A stretch of 64,000 nt of DNA, from assembly GCF_028368995.1 (NCBI RefSeq), contig NZ_JAQNDL010000004.1, positions 192,001 through 256,000 of the forward strand, written 5' to 3'. Below the pieces are notes generated by a model, which saw only the letters and a list, made by a program, of their open reading frames with translations, was not told where the DNA came from and did no database searches. Below are positions 1 through 7,669 of this stretch, in pieces; positions within the stretch are counted from its first letter, which is position 1; the number at the start of each line of letters is the position of its first letter. The DNA comes from Nannocystis bainbridge (GTDB taxonomy: Bacteria; Myxococcota_A; Polyangia; Nannocystales; Nannocystaceae). The translations under genes were made by a program, and so were the position numbers.

Positions 1-380
1 GCGGTCGGTGGCGCGAGGTCGCCGAGCGGGGCGTGGTCGAGCCAATTTTCGATGCAGGCCAGCAGCTCGGCGAAGCTGTCGGTGGCGAAGCTGGCGAGCT
101 GGTGGTCCCAGTCGGGATCGAGCAGGACGAGGCGGTAGCCGGTGCGATAGAAGCCGGCGTCGAGGTGGAGCTCGCGCGCGGGATCGTCGGGACCGGGCGG
201 GTAGGCGCCGTCGAGCGGCGGCAGCCGGACGAGCCACAGGAGGTCCTCGCTGTCGTTGATGTCGAGGCTGCCGTCAGGCAAGCGCCGGGCGAGGAGGGCG
301 TTGTGGCGCACGGCCCATCCGCTCGGGATCCGCAGAGGAACGAGATGCCACTCGGGGCCGACGAGGTCGAGGACGTGCAC
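1..380 (-). CDS. hypothetical protein, 5-prime part (runs off the left edge of the window)
   Basis: Manual translation of the reverse strand under the listed ORF 33..1175 gives a protein-like sequence (...VHVLDLVGPEWHLVPLRIPSGWAVRHNALLARRLPDGSLDINDSEDLLWLVRLPPLDGAYPPGPDDPARELHLDAGFYRTGYRLVLLDPDWDHQLASFATDSFAELLACIENWLDH...). Third-position G/C is about 90% on the minus strand. The plus-strand translation is E/V/A/G-rich, which is typical of antisense. The start is assumed to be the GTG at 380. The edge-truncated ORF is absent from the track. Family not recognised. Confidence 0.45.
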   Translation of the reverse strand, partial: MHVLDLVGPEWHLVPLRIPSGWAVRHNALLARRLPDGSLDINDSEDLLWLVRLPPLDGAYPPGPDDPARELHLDAGFYRTGYRLVLLDPDWDHQLASFATDSFAELLACIENWLDHAPLGDLAPPT

Positions 381-665
381 GCGGCGAGCGTAGGGCGCCC
401 GGCGGCGCGCGGCGAGGAGCCTGCGCCCGCGCCGGGCCCGGCGGCGGTCGTCGAGGGCCGCGCGGGCGCGGAGGTGCGCGCGGCGATCGAATGCGCGACA
501 CTGCGGTCCGGAGGCCCGATGACGCTCATCACCCCACGCGTACGTGCGCGCGGCCGGCGGCTCGGCACACGCTGGCCGCGGAGCATGGGGGTCGAGAGCT
601 GCGATGTTACGATGGCGGAGGAGATGGCGCGGTCGGGCATTCGCGGTCGCCGTGAGGTGGATGGA

Positions 666-1175
666 ATGACCAGGAAATTTTTCGGCGTGATCTGCTTCCT
701 CGCGCTCGCGTGCCGGGGTGAGGCGCCCCGCGAGCCCGCGACGGCTGACGGGCGGGCGGGGCGCGGGCAGGCGGCGGCGCCGGGAGCGAGTCGCGCCTCG
801 ATCTGCCCGCTGGTGCCCGCGCGCACCGAGCCTCACGGTGTCGCGGGGGACTACCAGCGCCGGCGAGACGAAGTGAGCGGGACGGAGATCTGGGAGCACC
901 GCGCCACGGGGGCGCGGCCGACCGGTCCGGAGCTGACGGCGCGCCTCGACGACGCGCAGCGGGATCGTCTGAGCGCGGTCCAAGGGGTCAACGGGCACGG
1001 GATCGCGATGTGCTGCGAACCGGGGCTGCAGGTCGGCTATGCGTGCCTGCTGGTGACGGCGGAGCCGGCCGAGCTCGACGCGGAGGAGCTGGCGCGCGAG
1101 CTGGCGGCCATGTTCGCGCGGGCGAGCGACCTCGACTACGAGGTCATCGTGTTCCCCGAAGGGCTGGGGCGCTGA
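666..1175 (+). CDS. small lipoprotein, hypothetical
   Basis: An internal ATG in ORF 33..1175 gives MTRKFFGVICFLALAC, which is a signal peptide plus lipobox. Everything upstream of this ATG in the ORF is antisense of the minus-strand gene. Confidence 0.6.
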   Translation: MTRKFFGVICFLALACRGEAPREPATADGRAGRGQAAAPGASRASICPLVPARTEPHGVAGDYQRRRDEVSGTEIWEHRATGARPTGPELTARLDDAQRDRLSAVQGVNGHGIAMCCEPGLQVGYACLLVTAEPAELDAEELARELAAMFARASDLDYEVIVFPEGLGR

Positions 1176-1206
1176 GGGGCGGTGGCTTCCCGAAACAATG
1201 GCCCTT

Positions 1207-1275
1207 GGGTCATGTCCAGTCGGACATGTCTTTTTTGACATGTCCTGAGGGGCATTTCTTTTCGGACATGCGGCG
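1207..1275. repeat. 14-bp periodic palindromic repeat array, 5 units (CATG/CATT at 1211, 1225, 1239, 1253, 1267)
   Basis: gggtCATGtccagtcggaCATGtcttttttgaCATGtcctgaggggCATTtcttttcggaCATGcgg. The register is exactly 14 bp. The array lies between the convergent 3-prime ends of two lipoprotein genes. Confidence 0.85.
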
Positions 1276-2964
1276 TCACTGCCCGAGGAACCACGGGGTG
1301 GCGACGGCGGAGCGGCACTGCCAGTTGAAGCTGCGCATGTGCGGGACCTCGGCGTTGTCGCGGAAGCCGAGCACGAGGTCCTCGGCGGTCTGGCGCAGGG
1401 CGTCGTCGCCGGCGCCGTCGTGGTGATACGCCATGGCGACGACGTAGGCGCTCTCGCCCCAGTGCTCGTCGTAGTCGTCGACGGCGCCGTTGCCGTCGCC
1501 GACGCCCATCCAATAAAAAGGCTTGCCGTCGGGGTCGAGGCCGTCGCGGGCGATGACGCGGCCGAGCTTGACGATCGCGGCGCGGGCGGCGTCGGCCTGA
1601 GCGCCGGGCGAGTCGGTGGCGTACTGATCGAGGCCGTCGGCGAGGATGGCGCTGAGCCACGGCGAGCAGCCCCAGAAGCCGAAGTCCTCGTCGGCGGCGC
1701 CGTCGGTGTGGGCGAAGCAGCGGGCGTCGGGGTCGTCGTAGCCGGGCGGGTAGCTGGCCTGGATGTCGAGGTAGGCGGTGACGGCAGCGTCGGCGAGGTC
1801 GCGGAATTGCTGGGCCCGATCGTCGGAGACGTTCATGGCCCAGACGTGGGCGAGCAGGCCGAAGCCGGCGTGGCGCTCGGTCCAGAAGCCGTCGTCGCCG
1901 GCGTACGCGGGGTCCCACAGGTCGGCGAAGGCCTCGGCGACGTCCTCGGCGCTCTCGCGGAAGCGGTCGTCGCCGGTCATGAGGTAATGCAGGGCCAGGT
2001 TCTGCGAATAATAGTACTTGGCGTCTCCGGTCTTGCCGGGCACGCCGATGGTGGTATTCGGGCCCTGGCCGGCGAGGCCGTCGCGATAGATCGTGGTCTC
2101 GAGGTAGGCCGAGCGCAGGGTCGAGAGGTCGCCGCGGCGGGCGTGGCCGCGATAGTGGATGGTGCCGCGATCGTAGAGCCAGACGTCGGCGGAGCCCATG
2201 GCGCCGAGGAAGGCGTCGTGACCCCATTGATCGTGGTCGCAGGCGTCGGTCCAGGCCTGGGCAGGGGTGCCCGCGACGGCGGCGGCGGTGGCGAGCGGGC
2301 CGGCAAACCCGCTGGCGGTCAACCATTCGGCGGGCAGCAGGGCCCAGACGCGCGGGCCGGTGGCGTCGTCGACGAGGGTGTCGGCGACCGGGACGGGATC
2401 GAGGCTGCCTGCGGTCGGGGCGAGGTCGAGGGAGACCTCGAGGTCGGTCTCGCCGGCGAGCGAGAGGTCGAGCTGGATCTGCATGCTGCGCCAACTGCCG
2501 TCAGGGTGACGCGCCAGGCCGCGCAGGGCGGTCGCCAGCTCGGTGCCGGCGTGCCGGACCTGGACCCGGGTGTCGTCGGCGAGGACGCCGGGCGCGAGCG
2601 GGACGGCGAAGTTGATGCGCTGGTCGCCGCTGACGCCAGGCTGCGGGACGAGGTGGACGACGATCGTGGTGGCCTGCCCGCCGGTGGTGGTGTCGTCGGT
2701 GGTGGTGCTGTCGGTGGTGGTGACCGGGGCGTCGGTGGGATCGACGGTCGAGCTGGTGGTGGGATCGGGTAGATCGCCGGTGGTCGAGGCGGTCGGGTCG
2801 TCGGTGGCGGCGCCGGTCGGGGCGTTCGTGGTGGGTCCGGGATCGGTGGTGGCGTCGGTGCCGGTGCCGGTTTCGCTGGTGTCGCCGGGATCGCCGGGGC
2901 AGGCGGAACAGACGGTCATTGCTGCGACGAGGATGCCCATTGCAGGCAGGGAACGGACTGGCAT
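1276..2964 (-). CDS. secreted lipoprotein with Thr/Asp/Pro-rich linker and a large C-terminal domain of unknown function
   Basis: An internal ATG at 2964 gives MPVRSLPAMGILVAAMTVCSAC (signal plus lipobox), followed by a T/D/P-rich low-complexity linker and then a roughly 400-aa globular region rich in aromatic residues. The upstream N-terminal extension in the ORF track is Arg/Pro-rich and treated as artefact. Confidence 0.7.
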   Translation of the reverse strand: MPVRSLPAMGILVAAMTVCSACPGDPGDTSETGTGTDATTDPGPTTNAPTGAATDDPTASTTGDLPDPTTSSTVDPTDAPVTTTDSTTTDDTTTGGQATTIVVHLVPQPGVSGDQRINFAVPLAPGVLADDTRVQVRHAGTELATALRGLARHPDGSWRSMQIQLDLSLAGETDLEVSLDLAPTAGSLDPVPVADTLVDDATGPRVWALLPAEWLTASGFAGPLATAAAVAGTPAQAWTDACDHDQWGHDAFLGAMGSADVWLYDRGTIHYRGHARRGDLSTLRSAYLETTIYRDGLAGQGPNTTIGVPGKTGDAKYYYSQNLALHYLMTGDDRFRESAEDVAEAFADLWDPAYAGDDGFWTERHAGFGLLAHVWAMNVSDDRAQQFRDLADAAVTAYLDIQASYPPGYDDPDARCFAHTDGAADEDFGFWGCSPWLSAILADGLDQYATDSPGAQADAARAAIVKLGRVIARDGLDPDGKPFYWMGVGDGNGAVDDYDEHWGESAYVVAMAYHHDGAGDDALRQTAEDLVLGFRDNAEVPHMRSFNWQCRSAVATPWFLGQ

Positions 2965-3149
2965 GATTCGCCTCCGCGCGGCACCGTAGCCGATCATAGG
3001 ACGAGGCGCGCGGGGCCGCGGGCCCCCGAGGGCGGATGGGCGCGGCTGTGGCGAGGATGGGAGCGAGGTTGAGGGTCGAGGCGCCACCGAGCGATCATCA
3101 CCGCGCGAGCGGGAAGGCTCGCGCGGTCGCGTTGGCGAGCGGGAGGTTC

Positions 3150-3271
3150 GAGCCGCGCACGTCGGTGGGCGCGCGCTGGCGGCCGTGTTGGTGCGGGCGA
3201 GCGACCTCGACTACGAGGTCCTCGTGTTCGCCGAAGGGTTCGCGCACTTCCGGGGCCGGAGCGATCGGTAG
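3150..3271 (+). pseudogene. gene remnant: diverged duplicate of the 3-prime end of lipoprotein gene 666..1175
   Basis: The remnant translates to LAAVLVRASDLDYEVLVFAEGFAHF. This aligns with ELAAMFARASDLDYEVIVFPEGLGR at 1085..1175, and the DNA is near-identical over about 45 bp. There is no start codon or upstream body, so it is a terminal fragment only. Confidence 0.45.
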
Positions 3272-3282
3272 GCGTGGCTTTC

Positions 3283-3308
3283 AGGACATGTCCTTGGGGA
3301 CATGACTC
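3283..3308. repeat. 14-bp periodic palindromic repeat array, 2 units (CATG at 3287, 3301)
   Basis: aggaCATGtccttggggaCATGactc, lying between the gene remnant and the 3-prime end of the esterase gene. Confidence 0.75.
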
Positions 3309-3318
3309 AAAAGCACTG

Positions 3319-4650
3319 TCACAGCGGGACGACCGGGCTGACGACCGGGAAGTGCAGCACGAGGTCGTAGGCGAGGGCGGGGCTGAGGCGGGACCAGACG
3401 ACGCTGGAGAGCGGCCAGCGGGCGAAGGCGGGCCGGTAGGCGACGCCGAGGTTGCGCACGTGCTGCTCCCATTCGAACCACCGCGCGACCACGCTGTCGG
3501 CGGGGAGGCGGCGCAGGTCGAGCAGGTATGGGTCGCGCGGGCCGGCCAGCGTGGCCTCGAAGGTGCCGCGCGGCGGGGCGGGGACGCGGTACACGCCGAG
3601 CGGGTTGGCGAAGCCGGGCTCCTCGCTGCCGATCCGGCCGGCGCGGTAGGCGGCGAACGAGCCTGTCTGAAAGGTCATGTGCATGGGGACATACGCGGGT
3701 CCGAACCGGCGCCGCAGGTGCTCGCCCATGCTCGGCGGGCTGCGGCGGCCGTTGGGCAGCAGGGTGGTGCTGGCGGCCACGTGGCCGCTGTGGGCGACGA
3801 GCGCCAGGGTCTCGCCGGGGCGGGCCCGCTCGCGGAACCAGGCGACGTTGTCGGCCATGACGCGGTCGCGGTCGGTGGGCGCGGGGAAGCTGCCGAGCGC
3901 GCGATCGATGCTGGCGAGCAAGAGGTCGAGGCGGTGCACGGCTTCGCCCCAGGCGTCGGGGTCGTACGCGCGGGTGTAGGCGTCGCGGTGGGCGAGGAGG
4001 TGGGCGCGCTCGGCCGCGACGGCGGCGCGCAGGCGAGCGCCGTCGTCGGCCTGATGGTCGGCCCACGGGGCGCGCAGCAGGGCCAGCGCGGCCTCGGTCT
4101 GCGCGGCGTGGGGCGGATCGACGGCGCGCACGTAGGCGAGGACGTGCTCGCCGCAGCCGATGCTGCAGGACACGTCGAGGCCGCCGAGGCGGACCTGCCG
4201 CGCGGGCGGGAGGTCGCGGTTGTGGGCCCGGACCCACTCGAGCAATTCGTCGAGGTCGCGGGTGGCGACGACGTCGCTGCCGAGCTCGGGGCGCGCTCCG
4301 CCGCGCACGTAGGCGTCGAGCTGCGCGATCCATTGGTAGGAGGTCTCGAACAGGACGGTGAGCGGCTCGGGCCGGGCGGCGAGGCACTTCACGACGGCGA
4401 GCTGGGCGGCCCGCAGCTCGTGCACGCCGTGGCTGCTCTCGCCGAGGCCGAGGATGGCGCCGGGCGGGACGGCGTCGCAGACGGGGGCCATGGCGAGGCG
4501 GCCGTCAGCGTCGACGACAGGGACGGCGTGGTCGGCGATCCAGCCGGCGATCTCGGGCTGCACGGGTCGCCAGGGCCTGTCGGCGCCAGTCCACGGGGAG
4601 CACGCGAGCAGCAGCGGCAAGCACCCGGCGAGCAGGCGAGGCGAAGACAT
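3319..4650 (-). CDS. erythromycin esterase family lipoprotein (Ere-like)
   Basis: An internal ATG gives MSSPRLLAGCLPLLLAC (lipobox). The motif GLGESSHGVHEL resembles the GEATHGTHEF signature of the erythromycin esterase family (Pfam PF05139), and the length fits. Confidence 0.8.
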   Translation of the reverse strand: MSSPRLLAGCLPLLLACSPWTGADRPWRPVQPEIAGWIADHAVPVVDADGRLAMAPVCDAVPPGAILGLGESSHGVHELRAAQLAVVKCLAARPEPLTVLFETSYQWIAQLDAYVRGGARPELGSDVVATRDLDELLEWVRAHNRDLPPARQVRLGGLDVSCSIGCGEHVLAYVRAVDPPHAAQTEAALALLRAPWADHQADDGARLRAAVAAERAHLLAHRDAYTRAYDPDAWGEAVHRLDLLLASIDRALGSFPAPTDRDRVMADNVAWFRERARPGETLALVAHSGHVAASTTLLPNGRRSPPSMGEHLRRRFGPAYVPMHMTFQTGSFAAYRAGRIGSEEPGFANPLGVYRVPAPPRGTFEATLAGPRDPYLLDLRRLPADSVVARWFEWEQHVRNLGVAYRPAFARWPLSSVVWSRLSPALAYDLVLHFPVVSPVVPL

Positions 4651-4847
4651 GCGGGCCGAGGACCGCAGGTGTGGTGAATTATTCCCTCGCGGGGGCGGGC
4701 GCGGAGGCGTGACGCGGGGACGACGAATCATTCCCGCACCGGCGTGACGTGCGGCCGCTGGCGCTGCGAAATTTCCTCGCGCGCAGGCCCGGGCGCACGC
4801 GCTTCGCGGCTGGTGGCGGCGGCGAGCGGGGTCTATAAGAGCAGAGC

Positions 4848-5480
4848 ATGAAGCTCCACGGATTTTGGCGCAGCACGTCGACCTGGCGGGTGCGGATCGC
4901 TCTGGCGTACAAGAACCTGGCCCACGAGTATGTGCCAGTCGACCTGCTGGCGGGCGAGGGGGCGCAGAACTCGCTGGAGCACCGCCAGCTCAATCCGATG
5001 GCGCAGGTGCCGGTGCTCGAGCTCGAGCAGGGGCTCTACCTGACGCAGTCGATCGCGATCCTGGAGTACCTCGAGGAGCGGTGGCCGAAGCCGCCGCTGC
5101 TGCCGCGCGATCCGCTGGCGCGGGTGCGGGTGCGGCAATTGACGGAGGTGGTCAACGCGGGGATCCAGCCGCTGCAGAACACGGGGGTGGAGCGGCATGT
5201 GGCGTCGCTCGGGGCCGACCCCTCGGCGTGGATCCAACGCTTCGTCGGCCGGGGGCTGGCGGCGCTCGAGGCGATGACGCTGCCGCTGGCGGGGCGGTAC
5301 AGCGTCGGCGACGCGCTGACGTTCGCCGATCTGACGCTGGTGCCCGAGCTGGCGTTCGCCCGCCGGGTCGGGGTCGACCTGTCGCGCCTGCCGACGCTGC
5401 TGCGCGTCGAGGCCAACTGCGCGCAGCTCGACTGTTTTAAAAAGGCCCACGCGGACGCGCAGCCGGACGCGCCGCGCTGA
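4848..5480 (+). CDS. maiA: maleylacetoacetate isomerase (zeta-class glutathione S-transferase)
   Basis: The N-terminus MKLHGFWRSTSTWRVRIALAYKNL matches the canonical MKLYSYWRSSAAYRVRIALNLKGL start of MaiA/GSTZ. The GST N- and C-domain lengths fit. Confidence 0.85.
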   Translation: MKLHGFWRSTSTWRVRIALAYKNLAHEYVPVDLLAGEGAQNSLEHRQLNPMAQVPVLELEQGLYLTQSIAILEYLEERWPKPPLLPRDPLARVRVRQLTEVVNAGIQPLQNTGVERHVASLGADPSAWIQRFVGRGLAALEAMTLPLAGRYSVGDALTFADLTLVPELAFARRVGVDLSRLPTLLRVEANCAQLDCFKKAHADAQPDAPR

Positions 5481-5499
5481 GCGGAATTCTCGGGGCAGG

Positions 5500-5585
5500 A
5501 CGACATGCCCCGAGGGGCATGTCTCATGGAGAATGTCTGAACGGGCATGTCTGAACGGGCATGGTCTAAGAGACATGTCGTGAAG
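5500..5585. repeat. 14-bp periodic palindromic repeat array, 6 units (CATG/AATG at 5504, 5518, 5532, 5546, 5560, 5574)
   Basis: cgaCATGccccgaggggCATGtctcatggagaATGtctgaacgggCATGtctgaacgggCATGgtctaagagaCATGtcg, lying 3-prime of maiA. Confidence 0.85.
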
Positions 5586-5754
5586 GGCAGCCCGTCCCGC
5601 GGGGCGCGTCGTGCGGGCGTGGCGGGGGCTCAGGGCGAGCTTCGTGGGACTCGATAGCGTGGGGCGTCCCGTGGTCCATGGCTGGGCTAGTTCGCGCCGG
5701 TCGCCTCCGCGCGCCCGCGCCCGCCTGGTGACGGGCTCGCGTTCGCGGTATCCC

Positions 5755-6150
5755 ATGTTCGCCATGCATCAGCCCGACTCGCTCGAAGCCCGCCTTCACG
5801 TCCTGGAGACGACGGTCCGTCGCCTCCGCCTCTCCACGCTGGGCCTGGTGGGTCTGCTGTTCGCGCTCGTGACCTGCGGCAGCGGCGGCGGGTACAGCGA
5901 GAGCAGCACGCGGGAGCAGCTCGGTGTCTTGATGGCGCGGGAGATCCGCGTCGGCGACGAGCGGGCCGCCGTCCACATCGTCGGCCACGAGATCCGCATG
6001 CAGCGGCCCGACAGCGGGACCGTGACGATCGAGGCCAACCGGATCCGCTTCCTCGCGGCCGACGGCAGCGAGCGCGCCACTTTCATCGTCGACGGCACGG
6101 CGCAGCTGGTGGCACAGCAGCCCGAAGGGCCGGCCAAGGTCTGGCCGTGA
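5755..6150 (+). CDS. hypothetical membrane-anchored protein
   Basis: An internal ATG gives MFAMHQPDSL...LGLVGLLFALVTCGSGG, one hydrophobic helix. Third-position GC is high. No family recognised. Confidence 0.5.
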   Translation: MFAMHQPDSLEARLHVLETTVRRLRLSTLGLVGLLFALVTCGSGGGYSESSTREQLGVLMAREIRVGDERAAVHIVGHEIRMQRPDSGTVTIEANRIRFLAADGSERATFIVDGTAQLVAQQPEGPAKVWP

Positions 6151-6323
6151 GCGGCAGGCTCCGTGCGCGCGAGTTCCCGGGGGGAACCACGCGTGGAGGA
6201 GCCGCCGTCGTCGCGCTGCGGCCGGCCGCACGGAGTCTCGCCACGTCGAGCGCCGGGTCCTGCGGATGCTTCGGCCGGGCTCGCGGGCCACGGGCGGCCG
6301 GGCGCGCCGGGTGAAGCGAGCGC

Positions 6324-7076
6324 TCATTCGCCGGCGGGCTTGGGGCGCAGCAACGGGGCCAGGCGCTCGCCCACGCACGAGCTGCGCAGGCGCGGCAGGA
6401 ACAGGCCCGGGCCGCTGGTGCGCAGGAGGGTCTGCGCGGTGGCTTCGGCCGCGTCGGGCCGGCCGTCGGCGCACAGCGCCAGCACGCGCAGGACCTCGCG
6501 TTCGTCGGCGAGCTGGCCGTGGGCGAAGCGGAGGGCGTGCTCGTCGAGGCGGGTCAGCGCGGCGGCTGGGGCGTCGCGCTGCAGGGCGGCCTGGGCCGCC
6601 TCGAGCAGGCGTCGCTCGGCGGCGGGATCGGGGGCGTCCTCGGGGGGCGCCGCGGAGGTGCGGCGCGGGGTCGGTCGGGTCGGTTGCGGTTCGGGCGGGG
6701 GGCTGACCGCGAGCGCGGGCGGCGGGGTCGAGGGCGCGATCGGGGCCGGCTCGCGCGGGGCTTCGATCGGGGTCACGGGGGTCGCGAGGACGGCCGGCTC
6801 GGGGCGGGTGAGCCAGCGGCCGCCGACGACGACGGCGCCGATCACCGCGGCGGCCGCGATCGTCTTGAGCCCAGCGGCCACGGCGGCCTTGCCGACGAGG
6901 GCCTCGGTCGCGTCGGCGAGGGCGGACGGATCGGGCACTTCGACGCCGCCGTCGTCGGGCCCCGCGGGCGGCGGCGCTTGCAGGCGCTGCCACACGCGCG
7001 CGAGCGCGTCGGGGTCGGCCGGGGCGCGGCGGGCCTGGCGGACGAGCCGCTGGATGTCCTCTTGTTCCTGGCTCAT
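6324..7076 (-). CDS. anti-sigma factor (single-pass membrane protein)
   Basis: MSQEQEDIQRLVRQ... with one transmembrane helix (AVIGAVVVGGRW) and a Pro-rich periplasmic part. The start ATG overlaps the sigma-factor stop as ATGA, which suggests translational coupling. Confidence 0.6.
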   Translation of the reverse strand: MSQEQEDIQRLVRQARRAPADPDALARVWQRLQAPPPAGPDDGGVEVPDPSALADATEALVGKAAVAAGLKTIAAAAVIGAVVVGGRWLTRPEPAVLATPVTPIEAPREPAPIAPSTPPPALAVSPPPEPQPTRPTPRRTSAAPPEDAPDPAAERRLLEAAQAALQRDAPAAALTRLDEHALRFAHGQLADEREVLRVLALCADGRPDAAEATAQTLLRTSGPGLFLPRLRSSCVGERLAPLLRPKPAGE

Positions 7077-7636
7077 CGAACATCCCTCCCGAGCAGCCGG
7101 CGCCGCGCGTGGGCTTTGGCGAACGCCTTCTTGGCCTCGCGCAGCCGCGAATAGACGGTGTTGACATTGACCTCGAGGATGGCGGCGATCTGCGGCGCCG
7201 ACAGCTCCTCGACCTCGTGCAGCACGAACACCTCGCGCTTGGCCTCGTCGAGCTCGGCCAGCAAGGCGTCGAGCATGCGCAGGGCCTCGGCGTCGAGCAG
7301 CGCCTGGTCGGGCCCGCGCTCGCCGCTCGGCCACTCGACGGTCGCGGGCTCGAAGCTGTTGCGGCGGGCCCGGTCGCGGAACTTGCGGGCGATCCGCACG
7401 GCGATGGCGTACAGCCAGGTCCGGATCGCCGCCCGGTGCTCGAACTCCGGCAGGCGCCGCTGGACGACGATGAACAGCTCGTGCAGCGCGTCCTCGACGG
7501 CCGCCGGCTGGACGCCGAGGCGGCCCAGCGCGCGCCACAGCTCGCGCGCGTGGGCGCGGTAGAGCGCGGCGACGGCCTCGCGGTGCGGCGCGCCCGGGAC
7601 GAGCGGGGCGGCGGTCAGCGGGGGAGCGGCGGGCAT
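7073..7636 (-). CDS. ECF RNA polymerase sigma factor
   Basis: Sigma-70 region 2 (HELFIVVQRRLPEFE) and region 4 (REVFVLHEVEELSAPQIAAILEVNVNTVYSRLREAKKAF) are present. Confidence 0.9.
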   Translation of the reverse strand: MPAAPPLTAAPLVPGAPHREAVAALYRAHARELWRALGRLGVQPAAVEDALHELFIVVQRRLPEFEHRAAIRTWLYAIAVRIARKFRDRARRNSFEPATVEWPSGERGPDQALLDAEALRMLDALLAELDEAKREVFVLHEVEELSAPQIAAILEVNVNTVYSRLREAKKAFAKAHARRRLLGRDVR

Positions 7637-7669
7637 CGCTGCGTGGGTCCTGCGAGGGCGGCGGATCCG

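Noticed and set aside
33-665. N-terminal 210 aa of listed ORF 33..1175 as part of the lipoprotein gene
   Set aside because: The segment before the lipobox start reads as E/V/A/G-rich antisense. Its reverse complement gives a protein-like sequence with about 90% G/C third positions. The real gene here is on the minus strand.
5500-5585. Possible mini-CRISPR or phase-variation microsatellite for the 14-bp arrays
   Set aside because: A 10-bp palindrome plus a 4-nt spacer is far too short for CRISPR. The arrays are intergenic, so slippage in them would not shift a reading frame.
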